Assembly (NCBI GenBank): GCA_951406725.2
Contig: OX597837.1
Location: 40,796,001 to 40,860,000 of the forward strand
Direction of reading: 5' to 3'
Source of the DNA: Octopus vulgaris
Lineage: Eukaryota
DNA: 64,000 nt
The translations under genes and the position numbers were made by a program. Below the pieces are notes generated by a model. It saw only the letters and a list, made by a program, of their open reading frames with translations, made no database searches and was not told where the DNA came from. Below are positions 42,212-58,029 of this stretch, piece by piece (the stretch's first letter is position 1; the number at the start of each line of letters is the position of its first letter).

Positions 42212-42472
42212 ACTAGCACTATGACCCGGCATTCAATTGGTGTTTCAAGTTTCAGGCATTTTGATTGGGTTTTGGATAGAAAATTCACAAAAAATCACTT
42301 CTATTGATTTTTTTAATGGCTATGTGATTAGGGACATGTAAAGATGTGCACGACCACCCTTGGACGGTTTTGAATGACCATAGAAAGTGCTAGCCCTGTA
42401 ACTGAAAAATGGTGGATTTGTATAAAGGACACACACACACACACACACACACATTTTGCCGTTTATATATAT
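42212..42472 (+). mobile_element. Helitron/Helentron-like element, deleted copy of 3008-3369
   Basis: ACTAGCACTATGACCCGGC joined to ATTCAATTGG...; 3' TTTTGCCGTTTATATATATAG. Confidence 0.6.
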
Positions 42473-42527
42473 AGTGATATATATATATATTTATATATAT
42501 ATATATATATATACGTTCGTACATACC

Positions 42528-42561
<34 letters not shown>

Positions 42562-42999
42562 TGTATGTATGTATGTATGTATGTATGTGTGTGTGTGTCT
42601 ATGTGTGTGTGTGTATGTATGTATGTATGTATGTATGCATGTGTGTGTCTATGTGTGTGTGTGTATGGATGTGCCATTGTATGTATGTGAGTGGATGTGC
42701 GTAGATTCTTTCCAGGTAGTTATTAACCGTAATTGGCAGAACTAATTGGTTGATGGATTGAATGAAAGACAACTAAACATTAATTGCCTCCATGCCTCTC
42801 TTTCTCTCTTTCTCCCTCCTTCTCTCCGTATGTCTTTTTCTCTCTCTTTTCTCTCCCTTTTCTCTCTCTCTCTCTCTCTATCTCTTTCAGATATACAACA
42901 ACAACAAAAAATAACGTTAGCGTATAAATGTATACGTCGTATTGCCAAGTATACAGGAACACACAGACAATTTAGGGAAAAGGAGAGAGAGTAAAGAAA

Positions 43000-43352
43000 G
43001 TGAAGAAGGAGAAGAAGAAGAAGAAGGAGGAGGGAGGAGGGGGAGGAGAAGAAGAGTGAGGAGAAGAAGGAGAAGAAGATGAGGGGAGGGGAGGAGGAGG
43101 GGAAAGAAGAAGAAAATAAGGAGGAGGAGGAAAGGAAGAAGGAGGTGGAGAGAGAGGAGAAGGAGGAGAAGAAAGAAGAAGAAAAAGAACAACAAGACAA
43201 AGAAGAAGAAAAGGACGAGGAGAAAACAGAGGAGGAGAAAGAAGAACAACATGACGACAAAGAGGGAGAAGAAGAAGAAGAAGAAGAAGAAGAAGAAGAA
43301 GAAGAAGAAGAAGAAGAAGAAGAAGGAGAAGAAGAAGAAGAAGAAGAAGAAG
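43000..43352. repeat. (GAA)n/(GAG)n purine-rich repeat
   Basis: Direct reading. Confidence 0.9.
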
Positions 43353-43544
43353 AATGTCTTTTACTATAGCTTCGGGCTGACCAAAGTTTTGTAAGTGAAT
43401 CTAGTAGATGGAAACCACGCCTGCTCACACACACATACAAACACGCGTGCACACACATAGACACATGCTCACGTGTCACTGTATATGCTTGTACATACGT
43501 ACATACAGACGCACATGCCTAGGTATGTATTCCAGTATTCCTCC

Positions 43545-43613
<69 letters not shown>

Positions 43614-43694
43614 TACATACATATACACACATATATATATACATATATATACACACATATATTTACACATATATATATGTACATACATACATAC

Positions 43695-43731
<37 letters not shown>

Positions 43732-43940
43732 GTACATATATATATATACACAAATATATATGTAGATATATACATAATATATATGCATATATGTGTATAT
43801 ATATGTATATACATGTGAATATATGTATATATGTTTATATAAATATATATGTATATATATATGCATATATATATGTATACATATATATATACACATATAT
43901 ACATATATATATATATACATATATATATACACATATATAC

Positions 43941-43971
<31 letters not shown>

Positions 43972-44250
43972 CATACATATGCATATATACACATATATAT
44001 GTATACACATATATATGTATATAATTGTATACATATACATATATACATATATATATTCATATATTTACATATATATACATATATATACATACATATATAT
44101 ATATACATATATTTACACATATGTAGATATACAGATATATATATATTTATGTATATATACATAGATATATACTTACACATAAATGCATATATAGATATAT
44201 ATGTACATATATATATGTACACATATATATACATATATATCTATATATAT
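43545..44250. repeat. Degenerate (TA)n/(TACA)n field
   Basis: Direct reading. Confidence 0.95.
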
Positions 44251-44399
44251 GTATGCAGCACGGATTTTTGTCAGTGAACAGGTCGCGATCTTAAAGCGAC
44301 AAAAATATTTCGACAAATTGAACTTTAATGTTGAAGTGAATTGAACGGCTTTTGTGTGTTTCTTAGATGGCTTACAAACACCTCCACGCTGCAATTGTT

Positions 44400-44449
<50 letters not shown>

Positions 44450-44745
44450 CCTACATATATAGATTTGTGCGTGTATAAATGCACACACACAAATGGGAGC
44501 GAAAGGGAGAATAAGAGAGGAGTTTTGTAAATCTCTGCAGGATAGAAAAAAGGGAGATAATTCTTTTAGGCGACTATTTACCGGTATAGCATAAGAGAAA
44601 AGATGAGAAGGGATAGAGGGAAAATTCACGTAAGATGAAAACAGAGATGGTTAGATAGACAAACGGAGGGAGACAGAGAAGGTGAGAAGGAGTGGAGGGT
44701 TGAGCGAAAGTAAGGAAAAGAGGGAGAGAAGAAGAGTGAAAAAGG

Positions 44746-44780
<35 letters not shown>

Positions 44781-45147
44781 ATAGATGGATAGATAGATAG
44801 AGATAGAGAGAGAGAGAGAGATAGGTGATAACGTGTGCAGGTGTCTCCTGCGTATACAACTAGAGAGATCCAAAATCTGTTTGTGACATGCTTCGTTGGT
44901 TGTTTATAATAGTGTTTCAAAGTTGTTAGAATGAAGACCAGGTGACACCTTCACAACGCCACATCAGTCGGATATGCATTTTATATATACACACACACAC
45001 GCTTACAACCACACATACATACATACACACACACGCACACAAACATGAATGCATATACGTATGAATAAATATAATAATGTCTATAAATACATACACACAC
45101 ATATGTGTGTCTGTGTGTGTGTGCCTCCGTGCGTGTGCACGTGTATC

Positions 45148-45188
<41 letters not shown>

Positions 45189-45307
45189 AGATGGATAGGT
45201 AGATAGATAGACAGATAGATAGATAGATTGATAGATATGAATAGATACATACATACATACTTACATACATATATACATACATACAGCAGACAGTCAGAAA
45301 GACAAAC

Positions 45308-45608
<301 letters not shown>

Positions 45609-45624
45609 CAGAATTAGAGTGCAA

Positions 45625-46080
45625 CTTATATTATGTATTGCGCTGTTTACAATATTAGAATTAAAATCACTCTTATTACAACTAGAATTTTTGTCTTGAG
45701 AATTAGATAAAGGACTAGATTGAGCAGAATCAATGTATGTCACTTTCTCTTTATAGCCAGCTTTAACTAAGGCGGCGTTATAGAATTCTGCCTTTTCGTT
45801 AAAAATGTCAACATTGGCAGATAATTTAGATAATCTAAGTGAAATGTTTTTAACTAAATCCTTAGTAATTGCCCTAGCGTGATTACTGCAAGGACTAATA
45901 TATTTGAGATTTGTGGAAGGTTTATGGTATGGGAAGTACGAGTTATTTTGTAAATTGAGAGTAATGTCTAAGAAGTTGGCTTTAGTTAACTCATCTTCAA
46001 AAACGATGTGAAAGCCCACTCTACTAAAAAACCTAACTAATCTATTCTTAACCTTCTGTATTTTTTGATTTGAAAATGTT
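45625..46080 (-). mobile_element. Penelope-like element reverse transcriptase C-terminal/thumb fragment (Naiad-like)
   Basis: Open frame TFSNQKIQKVKNRLVRFFSRVGFHIVFEDELTKANFLDITLNLQNNSYFPYHKPSTNLKYISPCSNHARAITKDLVKNISLRLSKLSANVDIFNEKAEFYNAALVKAGY, showing the FLD...Y.KP...Y...SNH...GY pattern of PLE RTs. Confidence 0.85.
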
Positions 46081-46304
46081 TTAAGTCCTTTACGGAATAG
46101 GGGAGGTAAGCGTTATTTAACCACAAATTTTCACCCAAGAAATTTTTCTCCTCCCTTTAAAGATAATACCACTTACAATTTAAATGTTACTAGGAAAAAT
46201 AACTGGTTTGTAATTCCATTTGGAAAACAAATTAAATCGAACCTCCCATTGCAGTTCCGTGAAGCGGTTGCTAGGAACTTTCCAAAAAATTTTCTCTCTC
46301 TCTC

Positions 46305-46348
<44 letters not shown>

Positions 46349-46376
46349 AATTTAGAACAAACAGTAAGTTGTCATT

Positions 46377-46720
<344 letters not shown>

Positions 46721-46724
46721 TAGC

Positions 46725-46828
46725 AGAAGTAACAGAGTGACTCAAGGTCCGAGAGATTCGTGTGTTGGGACTTATCAGTAAATGCGAACGCATGAAGCAC
46801 CCGGACATTTAGTCACCCTGTTACTTCT
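46725..46828 (+). other. Three-tier RNA-like stem-loop
   Basis: AGAAGTAACAGAGTGACT/AGTCACCCTGTTACTTCT, GTCCG/CGGAC, TTCGTGTGTT/AACGCATGAA (G.U pairs on the plus strand). Confidence 0.65.
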
Positions 46829-47258
46829 ACAAAATATTAATAAAAAATATGCGGTGCTCCAGCATGGCCGCAGTCAAAGGACTGAAACAAGTATAACAGT
46901 AAAAGAGTATATACCGATATTTGAGTTCTATTTTTTCCTGTTTGCTTCTACATACATAAATAGGTATATACATACATTCATGCATAGACACACACACACA
47001 CACATATAAATATATATATATATGAGTTTATGAGAGTGTATGCATATATAAATTTGCCTATATGTACGTGTACGAATGTGTATGTATGGCTATGATAAAT
47101 ATTAGAATATGAATTGGTAAATATATATTTAGCTAAACTAATAATTTACTGATGAAGAGAGGACGATGATTAAGTGAAGCCATGCCAGGTTTAGGTGGCG
47201 GAAAATGTCTATACGAACATAAACATACACGCAGGCACATACAGACACACACACATAT

Positions 47259-47337
<79 letters not shown>

Positions 47338-47406
47338 CATACATAAACATACATGATAATTATATAAATATGCATATCTATACACACACACATACAAATA
47401 TGTATG

Positions 47407-47519
<113 letters not shown>

Positions 47520-47667
47520 TATCTATCTATCTATCTATTTATCTATCCGTCTCTTTTTATATCTGTCTGTCTATCTAGCTATCTATATATTTATCTATTC
47601 ATACACTTATATCTATCAATATATCTAAGTATAATTGCTCATATATCATTACCATGTACATATACAT

Positions 47668-47752
<85 letters not shown>

Positions 47753-47768
47753 TAGATAGATAGATAGC

Positions 47769-47828
<60 letters not shown>

Positions 47829-48061
47829 CGGATACGCACATAGAGATATGATAGATAGGTAAGCAGGTAGGTAGGTAGGTAGGTAGGGAAAAAATATCAA
47901 AATACAAAAAAATTGTGAAATATATGCATTATATATTTAACTTAATTGTGAGAATTTATATACAAATAAACAAGTATGTTTATGTAAAGTAATGTCATAA
48001 TGTCATGTTTACTTGGCGGAAAATCTATATAGAAAAATGTATGACATGTGTGTGTGAGTGT

Positions 48062-48126
<65 letters not shown>

Positions 48127-48251
48127 CTGACGCTCGTAAGCAATGTAGAAAGTCACAATGCATACACGTGCACACAAACTCACGAGCGTGTATATAGGCT
48201 TGTGCTTAATGAGATATATAGACATATGTATATATGTATGTACAGGCGAAT

Positions 48252-48296
<45 letters not shown>

Positions 48297-48399
48297 CATA
48301 TACATAATACCCACATATATACGTATGCATATATTCAGATATGTCATGTCATACACTTTGTATGTATGCATGTATATATGTATATTTTTATATATTTAT

Positions 48400-48444
<45 letters not shown>

Positions 48445-48504
48445 ATATATATGATTGCTTGTATGAGTGAGTTTATACATGTATTTAAATGTGTTTAACG
48501 ATCA

Positions 48505-48540
<36 letters not shown>

Positions 48541-48727
48541 ATGTATCCATCTCCCTCTCTCTCTATCTCTCTCTGGGTGGGTGGGTGTGCGTGTTTATGT
48601 TCATTATACATATATTATGTACATATACATACATTCATATATATATATATATATATATACATACACACACACATATACATACACACATACATATTCACAC
48701 AGGCACATATATATATATACGCATAAA

Positions 48728-48759
<32 letters not shown>

Positions 48760-48821
48760 GAGACACACATACATATATATATATATACACATATATATAT
48801 ATATGTATGTATATATATGTA

Positions 48822-48857
<36 letters not shown>

Positions 48858-49424
48858 TGTATGTATGTATGTATGTATGTGTATATATTCTAGCAGATTA
48901 TCACACGACCTTTACAGCCAATTTATTCGTTCTAAAATACACAACGAAATAAAGAAACAAAAGAAAAGAAAGAAAACCAGAAAGAAAAAAAGAATGAATG
49001 AAATTAGGAAAAGGAAAAAGAAAAGAAGCTGAAAAGATAAATGTGTTATTTATTTTGTGTCTTCGAGTTTACGATACGATTCCGTGATTCTTAGAATTAT
49101 AAATGGTTTAAATATTTAATAGATATTTCGTAATATATTGAGAAAGTATTTAGTTTAGACATCCCAATAAAATCGAGTTAAACGAATTTTTGTTATAACA
49201 CATACTTATACACACATACAAACGCGCATACGGGCCTGTTCACATGCTTACATGCACACACATAGACGCCAATACACACATGCACGTACTTAGGGATATT
49301 TAGGGTTTGCAGTCTTTATATATTTACATAGTTATCTAGGCATAAAGATATGGGTGTTTATACATACGTGAACACAAATCTATTTTTCTTTTCACAGACA
49401 AGGGCAAGCGCGAAATTCTGAGTC

Positions 49425-49508
49425 CACTTTACCGAACCGCTAAGTTACCGGGACGTAAACACACCAGTATCGGTTGTCAAACGATGATGGGGGAAAAACA
49501 CAGACACA

Positions 49509-49596
<88 letters not shown>

Positions 49597-49740
49597 CATA
49601 CATACATACATACATACATACATACATACGACGGGCTTCTTTCAGTTTCCGTCTACCAAATCCACTCACAAGGCATTGGTCGGCCCGAGGCTATAGCAGA
49701 AGACACTTGCCCAAGGTGCCACGCAGTGGGACTGAACCCG
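49425..49740 (-). mobile_element. Family A SINE
   Basis: Diagnostic blocks with internal (CA)n. Confidence 0.85.
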
Positions 49741-49851
49741 GATTTAAATCACGATATTTCTTCTACTATATACATTATACTTCTTTCTCTGAATCCAGTC
49801 TATAGATTGGATACAATCCTGGTTATATGGTTAAGAATAATTACTTAATCT

Positions 49852-50044
49852 CAGGGGCGTATATTCCGGGTGTGCTAGGTGTACGCTGCACACCCATCAA
49901 AAATGGCAAATTCCTTATAAATGATAACCTTGCGCATTAATTTAACCACAGATCTTAATGGAAAACTTTCGTTATACCCTACTCGAAATTTGGTGGCATT
50001 GGGTGTGGCAACATAACCAATACAACAACCAGCATGCGCCACTG
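49852..50044. mobile_element. MITE with short imperfect TIRs (hAT/PIF-like)
   Basis: CAGGGGCGTA ... TGCGCCACTG; no clear TSD. Confidence 0.5.
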
Positions 50045-50096
50045 ATGTATATTTATATATATGAGCGGGTGGTGAAAAGTTTCTGTCGTATATAAA

Positions 50097-50594
50097 CAGG
50101 GTGGGCGAAAGGTAAGTAGGCATTAAAAGTTGCTAATAAAATCCATATTACTTTTACAAATTTATTAAAACAAATCATACATGTTCTTTATTACATGGGA
50201 AAATGAAAGTAGATCTTCATATTTACACCGGTGGCACCAATGAGTTTCCTTAAACAGCCAGGGATGGAATGAACAACCTTCTGAAGGACGTCGTTTGAGA
50301 TATCATTGAAAACCTCCTGAATCCGTGTCTCCAAGTCCTCCAGAGTGCGGGGTTTTGTCTCTGTACACCTCCTCTTTTGTGTAACCTCACAGATAAAAAA
50401 TCACAGTTCTGGACTTCTGGAATTCAGGTCTGAGCCCCTGCACGTAATGGTGTTTCCATGAACGAGAATCCAACTGTTTATGCAACACCGTACGTACTGC
50501 GTGTCTTGTTAGTCCTCTTCCACAAACTGTTTAACGTGTTGATTTTTTTCGGGCTGCGTTTAAACATTTCTTGCACTGTTGCCACGTTCTCCGT
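50097..50594 (-). mobile_element. Internally deleted Tc1/rosa-like transposon
   Basis: Minus strand ENVATVQEMFKRSPKK...RHAVRTVLHKQL (HTH-like) and GYTKEEVY...KPRTLEDLETRIQEVFNDISNDVLQKVVHSI; terminal CAGGGTGG at 50097. Confidence 0.75.
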
Positions 50595-51671
50595 TGATTA
50601 GGATGTGGTTGGACGGCCATTTCTTCTTGCATCGTTCACAGAGCCCATGGTCATCAGCTTTGCATGACAACTTTTTATTGTCACCGGATGTAGTGTTGCA
50701 TGCATACCTTTCCATGCACACTACTAGCTCTAAAGTAAGACAATGCAATTCCACACTTCATAGCGTGCTGATATCTTAGCTCGCTCCTGAAGACGGACGA
50801 AACCTAGCAGTTTTGAAGTGTAAGGGTTTGTCGTTTATATCGATCCCAGCGCTCGACTGGTACTTTTTATGTGACCCTCGTACGAACAAAAGATTTCTAC
50901 CAAGGCCTTGAATCGATGTAGGCCTTGTGAATGACATTGTAACAGAATATGTGAGGAATCCCTTCAAATAGACTATATTGCCCTCGTGAGGGGGTAAGCT
51001 TTTATCTGCTTGTTTATTTTAAGGTCCTGTGCCCGGGTTCAAACCTTTGTAACAGAGTGGAAACTGCTAAATTCATCAAAGGGAGCTACAGTGGTGCTAA
51101 ATCTGGTGATATTCTGCAGGAGTGTGTTTACTTGGAGGTCCGGTAACGAAAGGAAGAGGAGAAAAAATTGAAACATCTTATAGAATTGCTCTTAAGCCTG
51201 AGCCCGGGTTCAAACCCTCGTAACAAAAGTGGAAACTGGTACACACAGCCAAAGGATCGACGGTGGTGTCCTAAACTTGGTGTTAGGATTGAGTCACAAT
51301 AAAGTGCTAAGTAGCTGATAAATAATCTTCTAAAGATGAAAGACAATCGCTTGAATCTAGATTTATGGCATGTAATACGAGAACGACTAACAAGACCTCT
51401 CTTTCTCTCTCTCTCTCTTTCTCTCTCCTTTATTCTCTGTTTGTCTGTTTCTTTCTCTGTCGTTCGCTCGGTCGCTCTCTCATGTGAATCTGTATGTTCT
51501 GGGTTTGGTGAAATATTTATGACAAACTAAAAGAAGAAAAGCAAAAACAAAAAAAAAGGTTTTTCTGAAGACAATAAATTGTGAAAACAATACATCGATG
51601 TCGATATTAAATGTGAAATGTACTTTTGACAGATTTGTGGAAGAAAAAAAATGTGTCTCTATATATACATA

Positions 51672-51743
<72 letters not shown>

Positions 51744-51884
51744 TATAATATATGTATATATAATATATTTATATTATATATATCATTGTGCAAAAAATTT
51801 ATGTAAATGATACAAACGTAAACACACCTATGAATGCGTATATAGATGTATGCACCTGTTTATGGCTGTAAGACTGTACGTATA

Positions 51885-51920
<36 letters not shown>

Positions 51921-51983
51921 CATACATACATACATACATACATACATACATACATACAGACAGACAGACAGACAGACATATAC

Positions 51984-52031
<48 letters not shown>

Positions 52032-52128
52032 ATACATATGTATACATATATATATATATATGAAAATATTTATATATTCTTAAATATATACATACGAACA
52101 TACATATATATATACATAGACATATGTG

Positions 52129-52181
<53 letters not shown>

Positions 52182-53179
52182 GTATTTATGTATGTATATG
52201 TGCACACACACACATACATCATACATCATTAATGCAACATTATCATCATATATATTTAATGTCACAAAGTGTAAGATCTCAGAATAGTAAACTGAAGAAT
52301 AATAAATTTCCAATACGTATGTGTGTGTATGTATGTTTACGTGTGAGTGTGTATGAGTATGTATATGTATGCATGTATATGTATGTATTTATGCCCCTAT
52401 ATATATATAAATATATATATATATATAATTATGTATTATTATGTATGTGTGTCTGTCTGTGTGTTGGCATCTGTTCCGTACCCAAAGTGTTTCCATCTTA
52501 TGTATATACAAACATTAACGACTGTATACATATGCGGTAATCTTGAGACAAATATGTTATTAACCATTTCGACAATCTGTCGACCTTTCTAGAAGTGTCT
52601 GTTTTGTCTCAGAAACGATATTGAACCGGCTGAACGATAACATACATGTCGCCAATACACGCCGATCGTTTTTGCCCCTTTTTCGATTTGGTGAAACAGT
52701 TTCGAGGGCACATTTTCGGCAGAGGCTCCTAATTTCATCCGAACTTTATGCAACGCTTAGAAAATCGGTTATTCAGCATCATTATCGTCATCGTCGCCAT
52801 CATCATCATTGCCATCCTCCTCCTCCTCCTAATCATCATCATTTTCATCATCATCATCATCCTTATCCTCCTCCTTTTCATGATCATCATCATCACCATC
52901 ATCATCTCCATCCTCCACCCTCCTCTTCATCCTCGCACCTCCTCTCCATCCTCCCTCCTCTTCTCCATCCTCCCTCCTCCTCTCCACCTCCTCCTCATCA
53001 TCATCATCGCCACCATCATCATCTCCATTCACTCCTTCCCCTCCTTCACATCATCATCATCCCAATAATCATCCTCCTTACAAAGAATAAATCCTGGGGT
53101 CGATTTGCTCGACTAAAGGCGGTGTTCCAGCATGGCCGCAGTCAAATGACGGAAACAGGTAAAAGAGTAAAGAGTAAGC

Positions 53180-53600
53180 GAACTGAAGAGAGTACCAAGA
53201 CCTTGCTGAGGTTCCTTGGAGAACAAGGCATCTAGTTCTATGAGTGTTTACTTTGCCTTTGCAGGAGTGGATGGAGGAAGCCCAGGAGGAGAAGAGAACT
53301 AAGACCATCAGTTGATGGAGGACTTCAATAAAATGGGTGGAGCACAAGGAACGTGCCAGTGGATGTTGGTAGTCGAGTTATTGCAGAGCGTGCTCAGATT
53401 TAGCCCAGTGAATCTCTGAATATTCTTGGATATTGTAGAAGAACTATGAAGAATAACACAGAGACGGCTGTGACGGCTCTGGTTGAAAAGAAGTTATTGG
53501 TGGGAGACACTAGAAAGGTGCTTCGTCGCAGGTGTACAGATTATCAATGTAGTCGGGTCGCCTGGAGAAGCGGTGACCGGATGACTGCCACTGAAGAAGC
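53180..53600 (+). mobile_element. Degenerate HERO-like (R2-group) LINE 3' end
   Basis: Frameshifted TLPLQEWMEEAQEEKRTK..QLMED..GWSTRNVPVDVGSR...LWLKR, resembling ELTVPWEE...KY...PVEVG.RG...WLWLKR; 3'UTR GGGTCGCCTGG. Confidence 0.65.
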
Positions 53601-53769
53601 CTGGTAGACTGAGATCATGTGCTCCGACAGATCCGTCGTGCATATAACAGACAATTCTTGTCTGCTACAATTTATGACTTCGATTTTATGTATAATACAC
53701 TGATATGAGAAGATCTTTCGGGGCGAATACCGCAAGACATTCCCATTATGGTGGTATTATTATTATTCT

Positions 53770-54157
<388 letters not shown>

Positions 54158-54534
54158 ATAGTAGTAGTAGTAGTAGGAAGTGTAGGAAAATGTGTGATAG
54201 CTAGAAATGGAGGATCACATGTGTGTTTTTTGTTGTCTTACACTTTGCTCCAGGCCGCAGGATCGAAACTTCAAGGATCTGGTATTTGTAAAGTGGGGGC
54301 AATAGCTTGATACTGGAGAGTGAGAGAGCGGAAGAGAGAGGAAGAGGGAGTGAGGAGGAGAGAGAGGGGGATAGTGTTGATACGTGAGCTGAAATAGCTT
54401 TTACACTATCTAACCTCCTTTTTAGCAATCATCGACATTAAGGACTCTCAACTCCCTTTCTTCTACCTCCTCCTCTTCCTCCTCTTCCTCTTCCTCTTCC
54501 TCCTCTTTCTCCTCCTTCTCCTCATACTACTACT

Positions 54535-54573
<39 letters not shown>

Positions 54574-54613
54574 ATAGTAGTAGTACTAGTAGTAGTAGTA
54601 GTAGTAGTAGAAA

Positions 54614-54681
<68 letters not shown>

Positions 54682-54748
54682 ATTCCACCTTCACCCAATA
54701 CGTTTGCCAATTCAAATAACAGCATCACCATTGAACTGAACGTATCAT

Positions 54749-54784
<36 letters not shown>

Positions 54785-55865
54785 GAAGATCGTTGTCACC
54801 TCTTCTATCTTCCCTTCCCCTTCCTCATCCATCCCAAGTTCACCCTCCTCATTCATCTTCATCATCATGATCTTTTACTCCCGCCGAAACCACCACCACC
54901 ACCCACCATTAGAACCAACAGCAACACCAGCAGCAGCGCCATCACCACCACCAACACTACCACCACCACAACCACCACAACCACCACCACCACCACCACC
55001 ACCATCACCACACCAACACCACTACCATCAACACCACCAATAACACCATCACCCTCAACAATCCACCACCACCACCGCCACTGCCACCACCACCACCACC
55101 ACCGCCACTGCCACCACCACCACCACCACCACCACCAATATCACTACCATCACTACCACCACACACCACACCACCACCACCACCACCACCCACCACCACC
55201 ACCACCACCACCACCACCACCACCACCACCACCACCACCACCACTACCATCACCGCCACCATCACTATCACCACTACCATCACCATCACCATCACCACCA
55301 TCATTCACTACCACAAAACCACCACCACCACCACCATCACCACCGCCGCCATCATCCTGTTCTGTGCTATATCCAATATGGCTGCCATCTTCTCACAATT
55401 CTCCCAACCTCGGCTGCTGTACCTCTCCTCAGTCTGTCTTTAATCAGTTCCCTCCACCACCGACGCTTCGTGCCGCCACCACCGTCACGACCACCGCCAC
55501 CAATCTGACAACATGTCAAAATGTTAGGTCAGTCAAGTGACCAGATCTTAATTGATTGACGCCCCCACCCCAACCCTCTTCACACACAGTATTTGTTAGC
55601 ACTGTTTTCACAAGGTACCGGGGGTAAGGGTTAATTCTTAAACACACGTAAGAAGGGCTTAGTTGCCATTATACAGTAGCTGGCTCCAACGCCAGGTGGC
55701 ATGGGGGGGGGAGCCAGTGGCGGGACGACATTGGCTAGTGGTGGTGGTGGTGGTGGTGGTTGTAGTTTTAGAGATAAAGATGGAGGAGATCTTTGTAGCC
55801 ATTGCAATAGCTTATCAGAAGAGTTGGCTTATTGCTTTCTTGGCAATATACCATTGGCTTAAGAG

Positions 55866-56050
55866 GGCGAGCTGGCAGAAACGTTAGCACGCGGGACGAA
55901 ACGCTTAGCGGTATTTCGTCTGCCGTTACGTTCTGAGTTCAAATTCTGCCGAGGTCGACTTTGCCTTTCCTCCTTTTGGGGTCGATAAATTAAGACTGGG
56001 GTCGATAAATTAAGACTGGGGTCGATGTAATCGACTTAACCCCTTTGTCG
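55866..56050 (+). mobile_element. Family B SINE with a 20-bp internal tandem duplication
   Basis: GGCGAGCTGGCAGAAACG head; GGGGTCGATAAATTAAGACT repeated twice. Confidence 0.85.
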
Positions 56051-56749
56051 ATTATTATTGTTATTTGGTATCAGTGGATTTGCAGGATCGCTTGAGCAAC
56101 AGTAAAAAGGAAATGCAGATACCTTACTTTTCTAGTCTCTATAAGTTCACGTTTCTAATCCTGCTAAAACCACCTTTGCATTTCATTATTTCGGGGCCAA
56201 AAAAAGGGGGTCTAATGAAGTACTGTGGCTAAAGTTTTCGGCTTACCTCCACCCATCAAAATTGTTGGCCTTGTGTCTTAATTTGAAATTACACTTTTCA
56301 TTGTGTGAGTGTGTGTGTTTTATGTGTGTGCGTGTGTATGTGTGTGTGTGCGCGCGCGCGCGCGCGTGTGTGTGTGTTTGCTTATTTTGAAGCTAAGGTG
56401 GCGACGAAGGAGTGAACTACACTGGGTGGAGCTTTTACGGAGCGGCACTTTTGGGAGGGGTGCTGAGGCGCATGGCACACTCAAGGGCTTTCCACAAACT
56501 ATAGCTACACCACTGTGTGTGCATTTGTGTATGTGTCTGTGTTGTGTGTGTGAGAGAGAGATAGAGAGAGAGAGTGGGTGTGTGGGTGTGTAGCAAACGA
56601 TGTGTGAAGTTAGTATATTGTATATTGTTTGTATTCCGCTATGGTTGGTTGCGGATGGATTGGCGGGAGGTAGAGGAGTTTTGTGAGACGGAGTCAATAT
56701 AATCCATGAGGGATCAAATGGACCTGTCGTACGAAACCGGTTTCCCTGT

Positions 56750-56860
56750 GTGTGCGTGTGTGTATGTGTGCGTGTGTATATGTGCATATGCGTGAGTGTG
56801 TGTGAATGTGATTATATGCGTGAGCGTATGTGTGTGAGCGTGTATATGTGCATATGAGTG

Positions 56861-56909
<49 letters not shown>

Positions 56910-56962
56910 GTGATTATATGCGTGAGCGTATGTGTGTGAGCGTGTATATGTGCATATGAGTG

Positions 56963-57003
<41 letters not shown>

Positions 57004-57102
57004 ATGTGCATATGTGTGAACGTGTGTGTGTGTGTGTGTCTAAATGTGATTATATGCGTGAGCGTGTGTATGAGTGTGTATATGTGCATATGAGTGAACG
57101 TG

Positions 57103-57144
<42 letters not shown>

Positions 57145-57290
57145 AATGTGATATGCGTGAGCGTGTGTGTGTGTGTGTATGTGCATATGCATGAACGTGT
57201 GTGTGTGTAAATGTGGGTGAGCGTGTGTGTGAGTGTGTTTATGTGCATATGTGTGAACGTGTGTGTGTGTGTGTGTCTAAATGTGTGTAT
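56750..57290. repeat. Minisatellite built on (TG)n, unit about 100 bp
   Basis: Recurrent AATGTGATTATATGCGTGAGCG...TATGTGCATATGAGTGAACG(TG)n. Confidence 0.8.
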
Positions 57291-57537
57291 GCATGTTTGA
57301 GTGTGTATTTATGCGCATGTATGTGCATGTGTGTATGTGTGTGTGCATGTATGTGCATGTGTGTGCATGTCTGTATAGGAGTGTGTGCAGGCGCGTGTGC
57401 ACGTGTGTATGTATGTATGTACGCATGTGTGCATGTCCTTGTGTATGTGCATAAACGTATACATGTGTGTGTACATGTGCGTATGAATGTGTGTGTTCGT
57501 ACTTGTGTGCATTTATGTTTGTACGTCTGTGTGCATG

Positions 57538-57569
<32 letters not shown>

Positions 57570-58029
57570 CGTGTGTGTGTGTGTGATCTGTGATTGTTAT
57601 TAAAGTGTTCCTTTCACGATATTGACATTGTCTATAAAATGTAGAAAGATGTCGAGATAATTAGTGTGAGCAATTAATTCATTAAGACCAATTGGCAGAG
57701 TCGTTAGAGCATCGCAAAGACTTACTCTGCATTTTGCGCTTCTGTTCTCTGCCTTTCGAGCTCAAATCCCGTTCAGGTCCACTTTCATTCATTTATTCAT
57801 CCATTCTTCTTATCCTTCTTCTTCTTCTTCTTCTTCTTCTTCTTCTTCTTCTTCTTCTTCTTCTTCTTCTCACAGGAGAACCTCAAATTAGAGCCAATTA
57901 AAGAGCACCAGAAATCCAGGGTCGCCATGACAAAGGTACGAGTTCTGGTACATCAGCTGTTCTCCAAATAATAATAAGGGACAATTAAATTTTTTACAAT
58001 AAAGATCTACACAACGAAAGACCTGTTAT

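Noticed and set aside
43079-43369. Glu/Lys-rich ORF
   Set aside because: (GAA/GAG)n repeat.
50785-50812. CTGAAGA-CGGAC-GAAAC hammerhead-like string
   Set aside because: No stem II and no UH/stem I pairing.
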